DNA of 64,000 bases from a virus (IMGVR_UViG_3300023179_000106:1675-65674); one strand, 5' to 3'. Counted from the stretch's first letter, positions 45,897 to 55,114 are shown. The notes: generated from the letters alone by a model not told the origin. Translations and numbers: made by a program.

Positions 45897-46314
45897 CGAC
45901 CCGACTGGGTCGCCCATGATGGACCTGCCGGTCGCATACCTAGAAGGGGTCATGAGGCCCGAGGGCGTCGAGTGGGGGGACATAGCAGACGCCGTCCCGG
46001 TTTCTACGAGGACAGCCGGAATGCACTTCGACGGCCTCAGTCGATCGATGCATCTTGAGATAATCTACAAGGACGAACCGCCGGAATTGAGCGTCTATCA
46101 CAGGGGCCACTTGGTCTACAGAGAAGTCCAAGGCGACCTCGTCTGCTATGTGCCGCTAGACGAGTGGGAGGAGTGGGTGTCGTCCCTCTTCAAGACGGCG
46201 AAAAGAATTCAAAGGGAGTCCAAGGAACTGGAGTTCAAGGAGAGGGTTCAACAGGCCGACGAGTCAAAGCAGTCTTGGCTCAGGCACATCGCATCCCGAT
46301 GGGGAATCACATGA
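45721..46314 (+). CDS. Hypothetical protein
   Basis: SD GGAG; 197 aa; overlaps the MscL tail by 176 nt. Confidence 0.7.
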   Translation: MASKEEIESRIKEQRTAEANKKGLMGQGGKIGTVLRMLGSPIVGQSEDVAFLDLEGRGDDPTGSPMMDLPVAYLEGVMRPEGVEWGDIADAVPVSTRTAGMHFDGLSRSMHLEIIYKDEPPELSVYHRGHLVYREVQGDLVCYVPLDEWEEWVSSLFKTAKRIQRESKELEFKERVQQADESKQSWLRHIASRWGIT

Positions 46315-46678
46315 AGAAAAGCACATACGCCAACGCGGCGACCTGAACGAGTATGATCGCGCCGAACACATAGATGCTCTTTTTGATTCCCGATATCTTC
46401 TTCTCCACGGCGGCCCTCATCGGAGAAGCCACCGACTGCACAGAGGCCTGTCCGCCTCCCGCACAGAGGTTCTCGACGACGCTGCTTACCACCTCGCCGG
46501 TTGTCTCGTCAAGGGTCTGCGTCTCGCGCTCGCAGACGCAGAGCCTCTCGATCACGCGTTGAGACAGGCGCTTCACGGCCTTGGGCTCGACGTAGACCTC
46601 CGTGACCTTTGTGCGGGCGTCTGGGGCCATCTCGACCTTCTCTGCCTTCCTGCCGTCGTCAAGCGTGAACTCTGTCAT
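46307..46678 (-). CDS. Membrane-anchored protein with a C-terminal TM helix
   Basis: SD AAGGAG; ends IYVFGAIILVQVAALAYVLFFM. Confidence 0.7.
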   Translation of the reverse strand: MTEFTLDDGRKAEKVEMAPDARTKVTEVYVEPKAVKRLSQRVIERLCVCERETQTLDETTGEVVSSVVENLCAGGGQASVQSVASPMRAAVEKKISGIKKSIYVFGAIILVQVAALAYVLFFM

Positions 46679-46706
46679 TTTAAGTCTCCTTGTTTTGATC
46701 CGAGAG

Positions 46707-46714
46707 TATTTATG
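46707..46714 (-). promoter_or_regulatory. Putative late promoter CATAAATA
   Basis: Between the terminator and the SD of ORF 46678. Confidence 0.55.
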
Positions 46715-46739
46715 GGCCGGCGAAAAAATTTGCGGACAC

Positions 46740-46782
46740 AAAAAGCAGGGGGTCGATTGGTCTTTTGACCAATCGACCCCCT
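46740..46782 (-). terminator. Rho-independent terminator
   Basis: Perfect stem AGGGGGTCGATTGGTC-TTTT-GACCAATCGACCCCCT, followed on the minus strand by GCTTTTT; downstream of ORF 46805-47089. Confidence 0.8.
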
Positions 46783-46804
46783 CAAGACCGCGTCGGGCGG
46801 GATT

Positions 46805-47089
46805 TCAGGCTCCGTGGACGACCAGATCAGCAAGCGTGTGCTTGCTGAGCGTGGTCCGAGAAGAGCCACGGATGGTTGCCATCTCGCTCTTCTTGAAGCT
46901 CTTGACGGGGGCGTCCTGGAGGCGGGCGCAGACTGCGTTGCCCCTCCGCAGGACATATCCCTTCACGATGTTGCCCTTCACCTCCGTGACCGCGAGGGTC
47001 GTCCGAACGGGCTTGCTGTGGGTTCCCTTGTAGAAGAACTTCCAGACGGGAAGGTTCCTGATGAGGCAAAAGTCATTGGTCTTCGACAT
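46805..47089 (-). CDS. Small basic WYL/SH3-like protein, probable early gene
   Basis: SD AAGGAG; KFFYKG..PVR..VKGY..VKSFK pattern; has its own sigma70 promoter and terminator. Confidence 0.65.
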   Translation of the reverse strand: MSKTNDFCLIRNLPVWKFFYKGTHSKPVRTTLAVTEVKGNIVKGYVLRRGNAVCARLQDAPVKSFKKSEMATIRGSSRTTLSKHTLADLVVHGA

Positions 47090-47128
47090 TTTTGAACTCC
47101 TTTCTTTTAAGTTCAGGTGTGTGGTCAC

Positions 47129-47156
47129 ATTCTAACAAAATCTAAGCCGCTGTCAA
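47129..47156 (-). promoter_or_regulatory. Sigma70-type promoter
   Basis: TTGACA-N16-TAGAAT on the minus strand. Confidence 0.7.
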
Positions 47157-47623
47157 CGTCTTCCTTCAAGCATCTCCAAGATGTTGTCGGCGTCCGCTCG
47201 GCTGTCGAGAATCTGGTCTTCCAGGAACAACGCGACATACATCCCGTCGACGGAGTCCTCGGGCGACGAGGCCGCCAGCTCCTCGGCCTGCGCATGGCGC
47301 AGGACGTAGTTCTGCACGACTTGATCTTCAAGCGCCAGCGCGGAACGGAGGATTTCCGCTGGGTCCGACGACTTGACCTGAAATTCCCCGACGGCACTGG
47401 GGACTGACGGGTCTAACCCGCGGCGGGTCGCGATGCCGTGAATCAGCCTGCGGAACTGTTCGATGTGCTTCATTTCCCCGGAGGCCTGCTCCAGGAAGAA
47501 CTCCGACATTTCTTCGCGGTGCAGGCCACGCACGGTGGTGGCGGCCTGCATGTAGAAGTGCCAGTGTGCGTACTCATTCGCCAGGTCGACCTTCAGGAGG
47601 CCAACCATCTCGTCAATCTTCAT
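47153..47623 (-). CDS. Ferritin/bacterioferritin-like protein
   Basis: DLANEY..FY..FLEQASGEMKH..ALALEDQVVQNY four-helix bundle pattern. Confidence 0.8.
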   Translation of the reverse strand: MKIDEMVGLLKVDLANEYAHWHFYMQAATTVRGLHREEMSEFFLEQASGEMKHIEQFRRLIHGIATRRGLDPSVPSAVGEFQVKSSDPAEILRSALALEDQVVQNYVLRHAQAEELAASSPEDSVDGMYVALFLEDQILDSRADADNILEMLEGRR

Positions 47624-47909
47624 TTTCAATGTCCTTTCTTGGGCTGAACTTGGGCTCTCCTTGTCCGTCGAAGCCAACTATGCTGACCGAGCCGGACAAG
47701 AAATTCTTCCACAGTATTTCGCCGATCCTAACGGATCCGCACCACTGTATGACCTTGAATATGTCGTCCAGTTCTTTGATGTCCTGGAGTACGCATGCGG
47801 CGATTATGTCGTCCATCTCCTCGCGCGAGAGAGAAACATACTTGCCCTCCTCCTCGCACCAGTGGAGGTCGTCGGCGGGTATGATGTTGTTGATTACGTA
47901 TTTATACAT
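47613..47909 (-). CDS. Hypothetical protein
   Basis: Start MYKYVINN after AAGGG; overlaps the ferritin start. Confidence 0.55.
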   Translation of the reverse strand: MYKYVINNIIPADDLHWCEEEGKYVSLSREEMDDIIAACVLQDIKELDDIFKVIQWCGSVRIGEILWKNFLSGSVSIVGFDGQGEPKFSPRKDIENED

Positions 47910-47953
47910 GAAATGCCCTTGTGGGCACATCATATTAGAAAATGCGAGATAAA

Positions 47954-48109
47954 TCAACTCCGGCGCTCGCGGCGGGACTTCCATTTTTCCCACCCGTGCT
48001 TCGTAAAGAACGCGGCGGTCGCGTACAGGACGCCCCCGGCCACGGTTCTGACGAGCCATGCGATCAACGCGCAGCTTGCAATGCTGACGGCAACAAATCG
48101 CCTCTTCAA
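47954..48109 (-). CDS. 51-aa membrane peptide (below the ORF-track cutoff)
   Basis: TTG start after GGAGGG: MKRRFVAVSIASCALIAWLVRTVAGGVLYATAAFFTKHGWEKWKSRRERRS. Confidence 0.5.
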   Translation of the reverse strand: MKRRFVAVSIASCALIAWLVRTVAGGVLYATAAFFTKHGWEKWKSRRERRS

Positions 48110-48139
48110 TTGCGTCCCTCCCTAACTAGATATCTAGAG

Positions 48140-49951
48140 ATGGAAAATGGAAAAAACGGAGTACCAGAGGGGCTTCCCTACCCGAAGGAGCCCTTCGAGG
48201 ACTTTTATTTCAGATTCAAGAACACTTCGGAGATGGTCGAGGACCCAGAGTGGTCGTCCATATACGCGACCTACTACAGCCTCACGCCGTACGAGACCGA
48301 CATACCCATCGGGGAGAAAGTCGAGGACTTGAACTCGTTCTCTGCGGACAAGCAGATCGCCGAGGTCACGAAGTGCGCCAGAAATTTCTTCTACTGGTGT
48401 CATCGGTATGTGAAAATCCTTCACCCCAAGTTCGGCACGATACCCTTCGTCCTGTACAAGTACCAGAGGAGGGTGATCGAGGAGTACGGGCGGAACAGGT
48501 TCAACATGATCAGCAAGTTCCGCCAGGGCGGACTCAGCACCGTCAGCGTGCTATGGGGCCTCCATAAGTGCATGTTCCAGAAAGACCAGCAGATATACTT
48601 CCTTTCCAAGACCGACCGCGAGGCGCTCGCCTCCGGCGACATAGCCAGAAGGGCGATGGACAACTTCCCCTACTGGATGTACGACTCGTCCGCCGCGGAC
48701 ATCACGAAGCACGAGAAGTCGTTCAACGACATAGGCTCGAAGATGTGCTTCTATACGCCGGAGGCGGCGCGAGGCAAGTCCGCGACCTACATCATGATCG
48801 ACGAGGCCGCGTTCATCGACAAGATGGACGAGCACTGGAAGGCCATGTACCCCGTGATCGCGACGGGCGGACACATCGAGATCATCTCGACGGTCAACGG
48901 CCTTGGCAACTGGTACGAGGAGACCTACCACGAGGCCACGGCGGGCAAAAACTTCTTCAATGTGATAGACCTGGACTACTGGGAGCACCCTGTCTACGCG
49001 AACCCCGAGTGGGCCGAGGCGATGCGGGCGAACCTCGGCGAGAAGGGTTGGAGACAAGAGGTTCTGCGCGACTTCCTCGGCTCGGGGGACACCTACATAT
49101 CGACAAACGTCATAAGCCAGTACGACAGGGCCTCGAAGTCTTCTCCTCCCGTCAGGACGACGTTCGCCAAGTGGGCGAACGAGGAACAGAAGGGTCAGGA
49201 ATGGGGCGACGGGGCTCTCTGGATATGGCGGGAGCCGATGGAGGGGCACGAATACATCATCGGCGTCGACTGCGCGGAGGGGGTGGGCAAGGAAGGCGAC
49301 AACTCCTGTTTCCAGGTCATCGACGCATCCAGCATGGAACAGGTTGCGGAGTTCTACAGCAACCTTGTCCCGCCGAATGTGTTCGCCCAGATCATCCACC
49401 AGATAGGGATATACTACAACACGGCGACCGTGGTGGTGGAAAACAACGCCATCGGAAGTGCCGTGATTAGCACACTCGGCAACGACCTCGGGTACGAAGC
49501 CGTGTACTACGAGAACAAGAAGACCTCCTCGCGGCTGGGGATCAAGGTCACGCCGTCGAACAGGCCGGTTCTGCTCGAGGCGATGCAGAGCCGTCTGATG
49601 AACGGGAGCGTGAGGGTGAACAGCCAGAGGCTGGTGTCCGAGATGAAGACGTTCATCTACAGCCCGCAGAAGAAGAGAGCCGAGGCGATTCGGGGCAAGC
49701 ACGACGACGCCATCATGGCCCTTTGCCTCGCCCTTTACGTGCGTGACGAGCGTCTGCGGGGATTGCCACTAGACGTCGAGTACTCCGAGGGAATGGCGAA
49801 CTTGTCGAGGGGCGGCCCGATCGAGGAAATCAAGAAGGAAATCATGGAGGGCGGGGTAGATAGATGGATGGAGTTTCGGATAGAAGACGCGAGGCAGGAC
49901 GATCAGGAGCCTTCTAGAAGAAACCCACTGCTCAAGGAGTTCGGCTGGTAG
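48140..49951 (+). CDS. gp17: Terminase large subunit
   Basis: LYKYQ, SKFRQGGLST (Walker A), IMIDEAAF (Walker B), ISTVNG, IIGVDCAEG, HDDAIMAL. Confidence 0.95.
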   Translation: MENGKNGVPEGLPYPKEPFEDFYFRFKNTSEMVEDPEWSSIYATYYSLTPYETDIPIGEKVEDLNSFSADKQIAEVTKCARNFFYWCHRYVKILHPKFGTIPFVLYKYQRRVIEEYGRNRFNMISKFRQGGLSTVSVLWGLHKCMFQKDQQIYFLSKTDREALASGDIARRAMDNFPYWMYDSSAADITKHEKSFNDIGSKMCFYTPEAARGKSATYIMIDEAAFIDKMDEHWKAMYPVIATGGHIEIISTVNGLGNWYEETYHEATAGKNFFNVIDLDYWEHPVYANPEWAEAMRANLGEKGWRQEVLRDFLGSGDTYISTNVISQYDRASKSSPPVRTTFAKWANEEQKGQEWGDGALWIWREPMEGHEYIIGVDCAEGVGKEGDNSCFQVIDASSMEQVAEFYSNLVPPNVFAQIIHQIGIYYNTATVVVENNAIGSAVISTLGNDLGYEAVYYENKKTSSRLGIKVTPSNRPVLLEAMQSRLMNGSVRVNSQRLVSEMKTFIYSPQKKRAEAIRGKHDDAIMALCLALYVRDERLRGLPLDVEYSEGMANLSRGGPIEEIKKEIMEGGVDRWMEFRIEDARQDDQEPSRRNPLLKEFGW

Positions 49952-49956
49952 AGTTC

Positions 49957-50259
49957 ATGGAAAAGCACAAGGAAATCAAAAGACTGATAGAGCGCGCCTT
50001 GGCTTCGTGCACTGGCTATCGCATGCGGGAGGTAAGGCTTCGCCTTGAGAGCTCCTTGGCGGCGTTGGGGCGCGTCGAGGCCGAAAGGAAGACGAGTCAA
50101 CAGCCCTCAAGACCGCAGTGGTTTCTTGACCTGTCTAGCGGCTCGCTGCGCAATCTCACCCGCAGTCAGGCGAGAGACGCCATAAGCAAGATCGAACAGA
50201 TGATCGGCGACGAAAGAAAGAGAATTTCTTACGGCAACGAAGATGTAATCATGGGATGA
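49957..50259 (+). CDS. Hypothetical protein
   Basis: 100-aa ORF right after the terminase. Confidence 0.55.
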   Translation: MEKHKEIKRLIERALASCTGYRMREVRLRLESSLAALGRVEAERKTSQQPSRPQWFLDLSSGSLRNLTRSQARDAISKIEQMIGDERKRISYGNEDVIMG

Positions 50260-50367
50260 AGCGTACGGAAAGACAACCAAGAAGGTACCCCAGCAAATAA
50301 GCCGCGGCACACACAGACCCGAAAAAAATCGATTTTGTCATTGTGGTATAAACGAATGGGTTTACCA

Positions 50368-51096
50368 TCAAGACGGTAGTCTTTGGCTGATCTTTGCCAC
50401 TCCCCATTCTGACCCCTTGTTCGCCACATAGTCTTGTCTTATTGCCGCATCCTCGCATATGTTCTTGCTCAGATCCATCGTCTCCCGTATGTCCTTGAGT
50501 TGGCAGTTCGCTGTTCTGACCTCGTTGGAATGGGCGATGCAGGAAAGGACCGGCGGGGCGACAAAAAGCTCCAGCCTGTTGTGCATGCGAACCCTGAACT
50601 GGTAGTTGGTGTCGTCGTACCCCCAGCCTAGGTTTATGCTCTCGTCGTAGCCGTTGACGGAATAGAAGTCCTCCCTCGTCGCCCCAATGAATCCCGCGCA
50701 TCCGTTGTTTCCGTTCGCATCCTCGCTTGCGAACGACATCACTATCCTTTTGTTCGCGAAAGACCGCTCGACGAACTCGCAGAACCCATTCGGCATCGTG
50801 ATGTCCGAGTCGAGGTTGCACAGGATGTCGCCTCCCGCGGCCCTGTGGGCTATGTTCTTGGCGTGTGCGGCGACCCAGTACCGAGGCTCGTCGGTTCTCA
50901 AGAAACGAAGCATGCCGGAATCAAGGTAGGAAGACAGATTTTCTGAAACCCACTTGCCCACTTCGTCCTTCCCTCCGTAGTCGAGAAGCACGAACTCTAC
51001 GTTGCCGTACGACTCGCACGCCTTCAGGTTCTTGGGGTAGGTCTCCTTGAGGTGGAAGAGTCGATCCATGCACGTGGTGCAGAAGGATATTTTCAA
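50368..51096 (-). CDS. GT2-family glycosyltransferase with a GT7C-like C-terminus
   Basis: TTG start after AAGGAG; ISFCTTCMDR, VLLDYG, AKNIA..CNLDSD (DxD), VNGYDE..GWGYDD. Confidence 0.88.
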   Translation of the reverse strand: MKISFCTTCMDRLFHLKETYPKNLKACESYGNVEFVLLDYGGKDEVGKWVSENLSSYLDSGMLRFLRTDEPRYWVAAHAKNIAHRAAGGDILCNLDSDITMPNGFCEFVERSFANKRIVMSFASEDANGNNGCAGFIGATREDFYSVNGYDESINLGWGYDDTNYQFRVRMHNRLELFVAPPVLSCIAHSNEVRTANCQLKDIRETMDLSKNICEDAAIRQDYVANKGSEWGVAKISQRLPS

Positions 51097-51725
51097 GCGT
51101 TCTCCTTGAAGAAGCCCACCACGGAAGCGCGACAGTGATCGCCCGCGTCTGCGTCCACCCTGTTTATGCTGTGCCATACGCCGGCCCTCGTCAGCACCAG
51201 CCTGTTTGGCTTGCAAGTCACGTAAGTTCCTATGCCGTAGGTGGCAAGGAAGCCGTCCTCGTACCTGTGGTCAAGATGGGGGTGAACGAAGTTCTCTTCG
51301 CGAGGCGTCTTGGCGAGGAGCAGTTCGCCGCCCCAAGTGCTGGCCCATTCGGGGTGGACATAGTATATGACGGCCCCTGTGTACCCTTGGTCGTTGTGCC
51401 AGGAAAGCTTGGTGCCCCGCGGGTAGAGGTAGGCCCTGACGGTCAGAGCCGCCCAGTTCGGCACAAGCGAAGGATGGGCCTTGGCCACGTTTGTGAACAT
51501 CACGTTCATGAGGTCGATGTAGTTGCCGTAAGGGCACCCCGAAGCGTCGTAGTTCTTGCCGCCGATGCATGTCCCGTCTGTGAGCCGCCAGACCTTCGAC
51601 CACCCGGATATGTGAGGCATGAGGTACTCCTCCTGCTGCACGGCAGTCCAAAGCGCGTCGAACTGGGTTTTCTCGAGCACATCGTCGTACACGACGAAGT
51701 CTTCAGTCTCCATCAATTTTATCAT
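51093..51725 (-). CDS. 2OG-Fe(II) oxygenase (prolyl-4-hydroxylase/EGLN-like)
   Basis: WHND (HxD), YYVHPEW...WGGEL, KPNRLV..WHSI (distal His), RASVVGF (2OG-binding Arg). Confidence 0.88.
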   Translation of the reverse strand: MIKLMETEDFVVYDDVLEKTQFDALWTAVQQEEYLMPHISGWSKVWRLTDGTCIGGKNYDASGCPYGNYIDLMNVMFTNVAKAHPSLVPNWAALTVRAYLYPRGTKLSWHNDQGYTGAVIYYVHPEWASTWGGELLLAKTPREENFVHPHLDHRYEDGFLATYGIGTYVTCKPNRLVLTRAGVWHSINRVDADAGDHCRASVVGFFKENA

Positions 51726-52305
51726 TCGATCGACCCAATCCGATGCTTTTAAGGTAGTAGAAGTATCTGTCGTAGGCCTGCTGGCACTCCTCGACGACCG
51801 CCTCGGAACACAGTTCCGCTTCCGGGACGGTCGCCTGCACCGACTGAAGCGGGGCGGACAGGCCCAGGAACTCGTGAATTATACTCATGCTTGATTCTCT
51901 AGCAAGGTCGTCCCAGGTGACCAAGAGGGAGTGTTTCGACCTCCTTGCCATCTCGCAGATCCGCCGCAGCCTGAACCTGTAGTAGGAGGATGCCCCCTTC
52001 TCGTTGTACCCGTGACGCAGTATCTCGTTGAGGGAGTGCCTTGCGGGCCTGATGACGAATATGTTCATGAACATCCCGTACAGCCTTCTGCTCGACATGG
52101 ACGCGTTGAACAGCAGGTGGTCGCCGTACACGGCGGATGCGTCCCTGCACTTGTGGCCCAGCCGGAACAGCCACCTGACGCCCGAGGGGCTGTCGTACCT
52201 CGCCCCCGACTCCCTTATTTCGCACCTCGGGTCGGAGTTCAGGGCGGCCACGAGGCTTCCGGAACCTGATCCGAGATGACTAACTACGAAACAGACCTTT
52301 TTCAA
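51703..52305 (-). CDS. Sulfotransferase-like protein
   Basis: TTG start 52305; FVVSHLGSGSGSLVAAL (5'-PSB-like), IFVIRPARHSL (3'-PB-like), LVTWDDL..FLGL. Confidence 0.65.
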   Translation of the reverse strand: MKKVCFVVSHLGSGSGSLVAALNSDPRCEIRESGARYDSPSGVRWLFRLGHKCRDASAVYGDHLLFNASMSSRRLYGMFMNIFVIRPARHSLNEILRHGYNEKGASSYYRFRLRRICEMARRSKHSLLVTWDDLARESSMSIIHEFLGLSAPLQSVQATVPEAELCSEAVVEECQQAYDRYFYYLKSIGLGRSNDKIDGD

Positions 52306-52370
52306 CGCGTATCGCCCCTCCGAAGCTACCTTAATGGAGCGGCGTCCAGCAAGAATCAGAGAGGGAATAG

Positions 52371-54872
52371 ATGGCGTGGTGGGATTTCTACAGGCTTTGG
52401 ACTTACCAGTTCGAGAAGGGACCACTTGAGAAGCTCGACAACCGCAATCTGACGGGTGCGGGCGTCGTCGTGCCCGACGCCATGCCAGACCTCCGCAGCG
52501 ACGCCTACGGCGACGCGAGGAGTCAGATCAGGCTCCACGACAGCAACGACTTCATCGACCTGAGCACCGTCACAAACCGCCAGAGCCGATACAAGGAGTA
52601 CGAGAGGCTCAGGAGCGTGGCGGAGGTCGAGATGGCCATGACCGTCATCAGCGACGAGGCCTGCGTCCACGGCGACACCCGTATCTCCACCCTTTTCGAC
52701 GGACAGAAGACCATACGCTGGCTCACCGAGAGGTGGAAGAAGAACCCCAGTCCGTTCCTGGTCTACTGCTGGGACTTCTCCAAGGAGGACTACACACTCG
52801 GGTGGGCCTACGAACCCAGGATCGTCAAACGGGACAAGACCGTGAAGGTGCTGCTGGACGACGGCACGAGGTTCGTGGTCACGCCGGACCACAGGATACT
52901 CACACGCGACCAGAGGTGGGTGGCCGCCGGCGACCTGAAGAAGGGCGACGAGCTCATGCCGTTCTACCGCCTGCAGCCGAACAAGAAGCTGAATAGGCTG
53001 CGTACGGGCCAGTTCCCCAGAATATTCACGTTCGACGGCTGGAAGCACGAGAGGCAGTTCATAGACGAGTGGAAGGGCGAGGGGGAGCGGTACGGAAAGG
53101 TCGGGATGGCGACGAAGCTCCTCGCCTCGGGGTTCAGCACCAGGAAGGTGGGGAGCATCATGAAGCACTCCTGGAACAGCGTCAGGGACTGGATCGGCAA
53201 GGAAGGGTTCAACACCAAGGAGCTCAAGTGGCTCGGGCGGATGAACGACAGAAGGCGCGTGGTCGGCGTGATAGAGGGCGAGGACGCCGAGGTCTACGAC
53301 CTCAGCGTAAGGGAGCACGAGAACTTCTGCACCGACGGCGTGGTGATGCACAACTGCCAGAAGAACGACAAGGGCGACATCTTCAGGATATCGTGCGAGG
53401 ACGAGCAGGTTCGCAAGGAACTCGAGTTCCTTTGCTTCAACAGGAAGATGCTGAACCTGAACCGCAGGGCGTGGCAGATGGTAAAGAAGCTGTGCATATT
53501 CGGCGACGCCTTCTACGAGCTGGTGACGGATCCGGAGGAGCCCAAACAGGGCGTGCTGAAGATGCAGGAGCTCCCTCCCGACAGCATGTTCAAGATCGTA
53601 ACCACGAAGGGGCGGGTGGTCGAGTACCAGCAGAGCAAGGAGGGCCCCGACTACCAGGCCCTCACGAGGAGCTCCGTCACGACGGCTTCGGAGCAGGAGC
53701 TCATGCAGTCCAATGCGATAAGGTTCGCCCCCAGCCAGGTGATCCACATATACCTCGGCGACGACAGGAGGACGTTCTACCCCTACGGGCAGAGCCTCAT
53801 GGAGCCGGCGAGGGGGCCGGCCCACCAGCTGCGTCTGATGGAGGACGCCATGCTCGTGTACCGGCTCGTAAGGGCCCCGGAGCGCAGGATATTCTACATC
53901 GACGTCGGGCAGCTCCCGCCGTACAAGGCCGAGGCCTTCGTGGAGAGGATGAAGGACCAGTTCAGGAAGAAGAAGGTGCAGACGGGACGCGGAACCGGGG
54001 CCAACGCCGTCGACGAGAGGTGGCACGCCCCGGCGGCCGACGAGGACTACTGGATACCGATCCGCCCGAACGCAAACACGAGGATAGAGACGCTGCCCGG
54101 CGCCCAGAACCTCGGAGAGATCGACGACGCCATCTACTTCAGGAACAAGCTCTTCACCGCCCTGAACTTCCCGAAGAACTACATGAACAACGAGGACGCG
54201 GGGGCGACGAGGATAACGCTCAGCGCCCAGGACGCAAGGTTCGCGAGGATGGTGGAACGCATACAGTCGAGCGTCGAGGACGGCATCCTTGAGATATGCG
54301 AGAGGCACCTCGAGATGAGGGGCTTCCCGGCGGAGGCCTACGAGGATCTCAAGATCGAGATGACCCCGCCGAGCAGCTGGAAGGAACTGAGCGAGGCAGA
54401 GATCATGAACAACAGGATCAGCGTGGTCACCTCGCTCAAGAGCAGCATGCTGATGAGCGACTTCGACCTTCTCACCCGATACATGCGGGTGTCTGAGGAG
54501 GAGGCTCAAAGGATAATCAGCCGCAACAAGATCCAGAAGCTCGAGGATCTCAAGATACAGATCATCGGCCAGAACCCGCAGCTCCTCGGCGTGGGTGTGC
54601 CTGGCTCCGACTCCGGGGGCCCCGAGATGGGCGCGGAGATGGGCGGGCCGACGCCAGACATCGGCGGGGACCAGCCCCTCGGCATGGACGGGCCGCCTGA
54701 AGGTGGTGGCGAGCAACCAGAGCTAGAGGGACTACCGAAAGAAGAGGGCGACGAGGCGCCGCCGGAGCTCCCCGATCCGACAGACGAGGAGATCAAGAAG
54801 TACGACCTCGGCGTTGAGGACTACAGCAGGGTGATCGACCAGGAGGACATCGACTGGAGCGAGGAGGGTTAG
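52371..54872 (+). CDS. gp20: Portal vertex protein containing an intein
   Basis: QLRLMEDAMLVYRLVRAPERRIFYIDVG, EDYWIP, IETLPGAQNLGEIDD..YF..KL. Confidence 0.95.
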   Translation: MAWWDFYRLWTYQFEKGPLEKLDNRNLTGAGVVVPDAMPDLRSDAYGDARSQIRLHDSNDFIDLSTVTNRQSRYKEYERLRSVAEVEMAMTVISDEACVHGDTRISTLFDGQKTIRWLTERWKKNPSPFLVYCWDFSKEDYTLGWAYEPRIVKRDKTVKVLLDDGTRFVVTPDHRILTRDQRWVAAGDLKKGDELMPFYRLQPNKKLNRLRTGQFPRIFTFDGWKHERQFIDEWKGEGERYGKVGMATKLLASGFSTRKVGSIMKHSWNSVRDWIGKEGFNTKELKWLGRMNDRRRVVGVIEGEDAEVYDLSVREHENFCTDGVVMHNCQKNDKGDIFRISCEDEQVRKELEFLCFNRKMLNLNRRAWQMVKKLCIFGDAFYELVTDPEEPKQGVLKMQELPPDSMFKIVTTKGRVVEYQQSKEGPDYQALTRSSVTTASEQELMQSNAIRFAPSQVIHIYLGDDRRTFYPYGQSLMEPARGPAHQLRLMEDAMLVYRLVRAPERRIFYIDVGQLPPYKAEAFVERMKDQFRKKKVQTGRGTGANAVDERWHAPAADEDYWIPIRPNANTRIETLPGAQNLGEIDDAIYFRNKLFTALNFPKNYMNNEDAGATRITLSAQDARFARMVERIQSSVEDGILEICERHLEMRGFPAEAYEDLKIEMTPPSSWKELSEAEIMNNRISVVTSLKSSMLMSDFDLLTRYMRVSEEEAQRIISRNKIQKLEDLKIQIIGQNPQLLGVGVPGSDSGGPEMGAEMGGPTPDIGGDQPLGMDGPPEGGGEQPELEGLPKEEGDEAPPELPDPTDEEIKKYDLGVEDYSRVIDQEDIDWSEEG
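52662..53354 (+). mobile_element. Intein (231 aa) in the portal gene
   Basis: Block A CVHGDTRI; block B VTPDHRIL; block F VYDLSV; block G VVMHN followed by +1 Cys. Confidence 0.92.
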
Positions 54873-54922
54873 GATCGCAGCCGAAAAGACCTAGCTGAAA
54901 AGGCGTAAAACAGGAGGCAAAA

Positions 54923-55114
54923 ATGGGATTCGATTATGAGACGCCCGAGATGGTGAGCAAACCTATGGCGGGCGGAGGCGGAGGCGGAGGCGGAGGAAGA
55001 AACAAATTCGGCTCTCCCGAACCGCCCGACCCCAACAAAAACAACAGAGACCTTAAGTTCAAGCCCGAAGCCTTCAAGACATGGCTCGGCAACAGGATAA
55101 GGAAGCAGAAGTGA
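54923..55114 (+). CDS. Small poly-Gly protein
   Basis: SD AGGAGG; Gly9 run; FKTWL near the C-terminus. Confidence 0.55.
   Translation: MGFDYETPEMVSKPMAGGGGGGGGGRNKFGSPEPPDPNKNNRDLKFKPEAFKTWLGNRIRKQK

Noticed and set aside
47899-47906. Exact T4 late promoter TATAAATA on the minus strand
   Set aside because: It falls in codons 2-4 (TAT AAA TAC) of ORF 47909 and may be coincidental.
52356-54716. 786-aa antisense ORF opposite the portal, and similar ones opposite terminase, gp5 and capsid
   Set aside because: Expected artefact of strong GC3 bias; no motifs.
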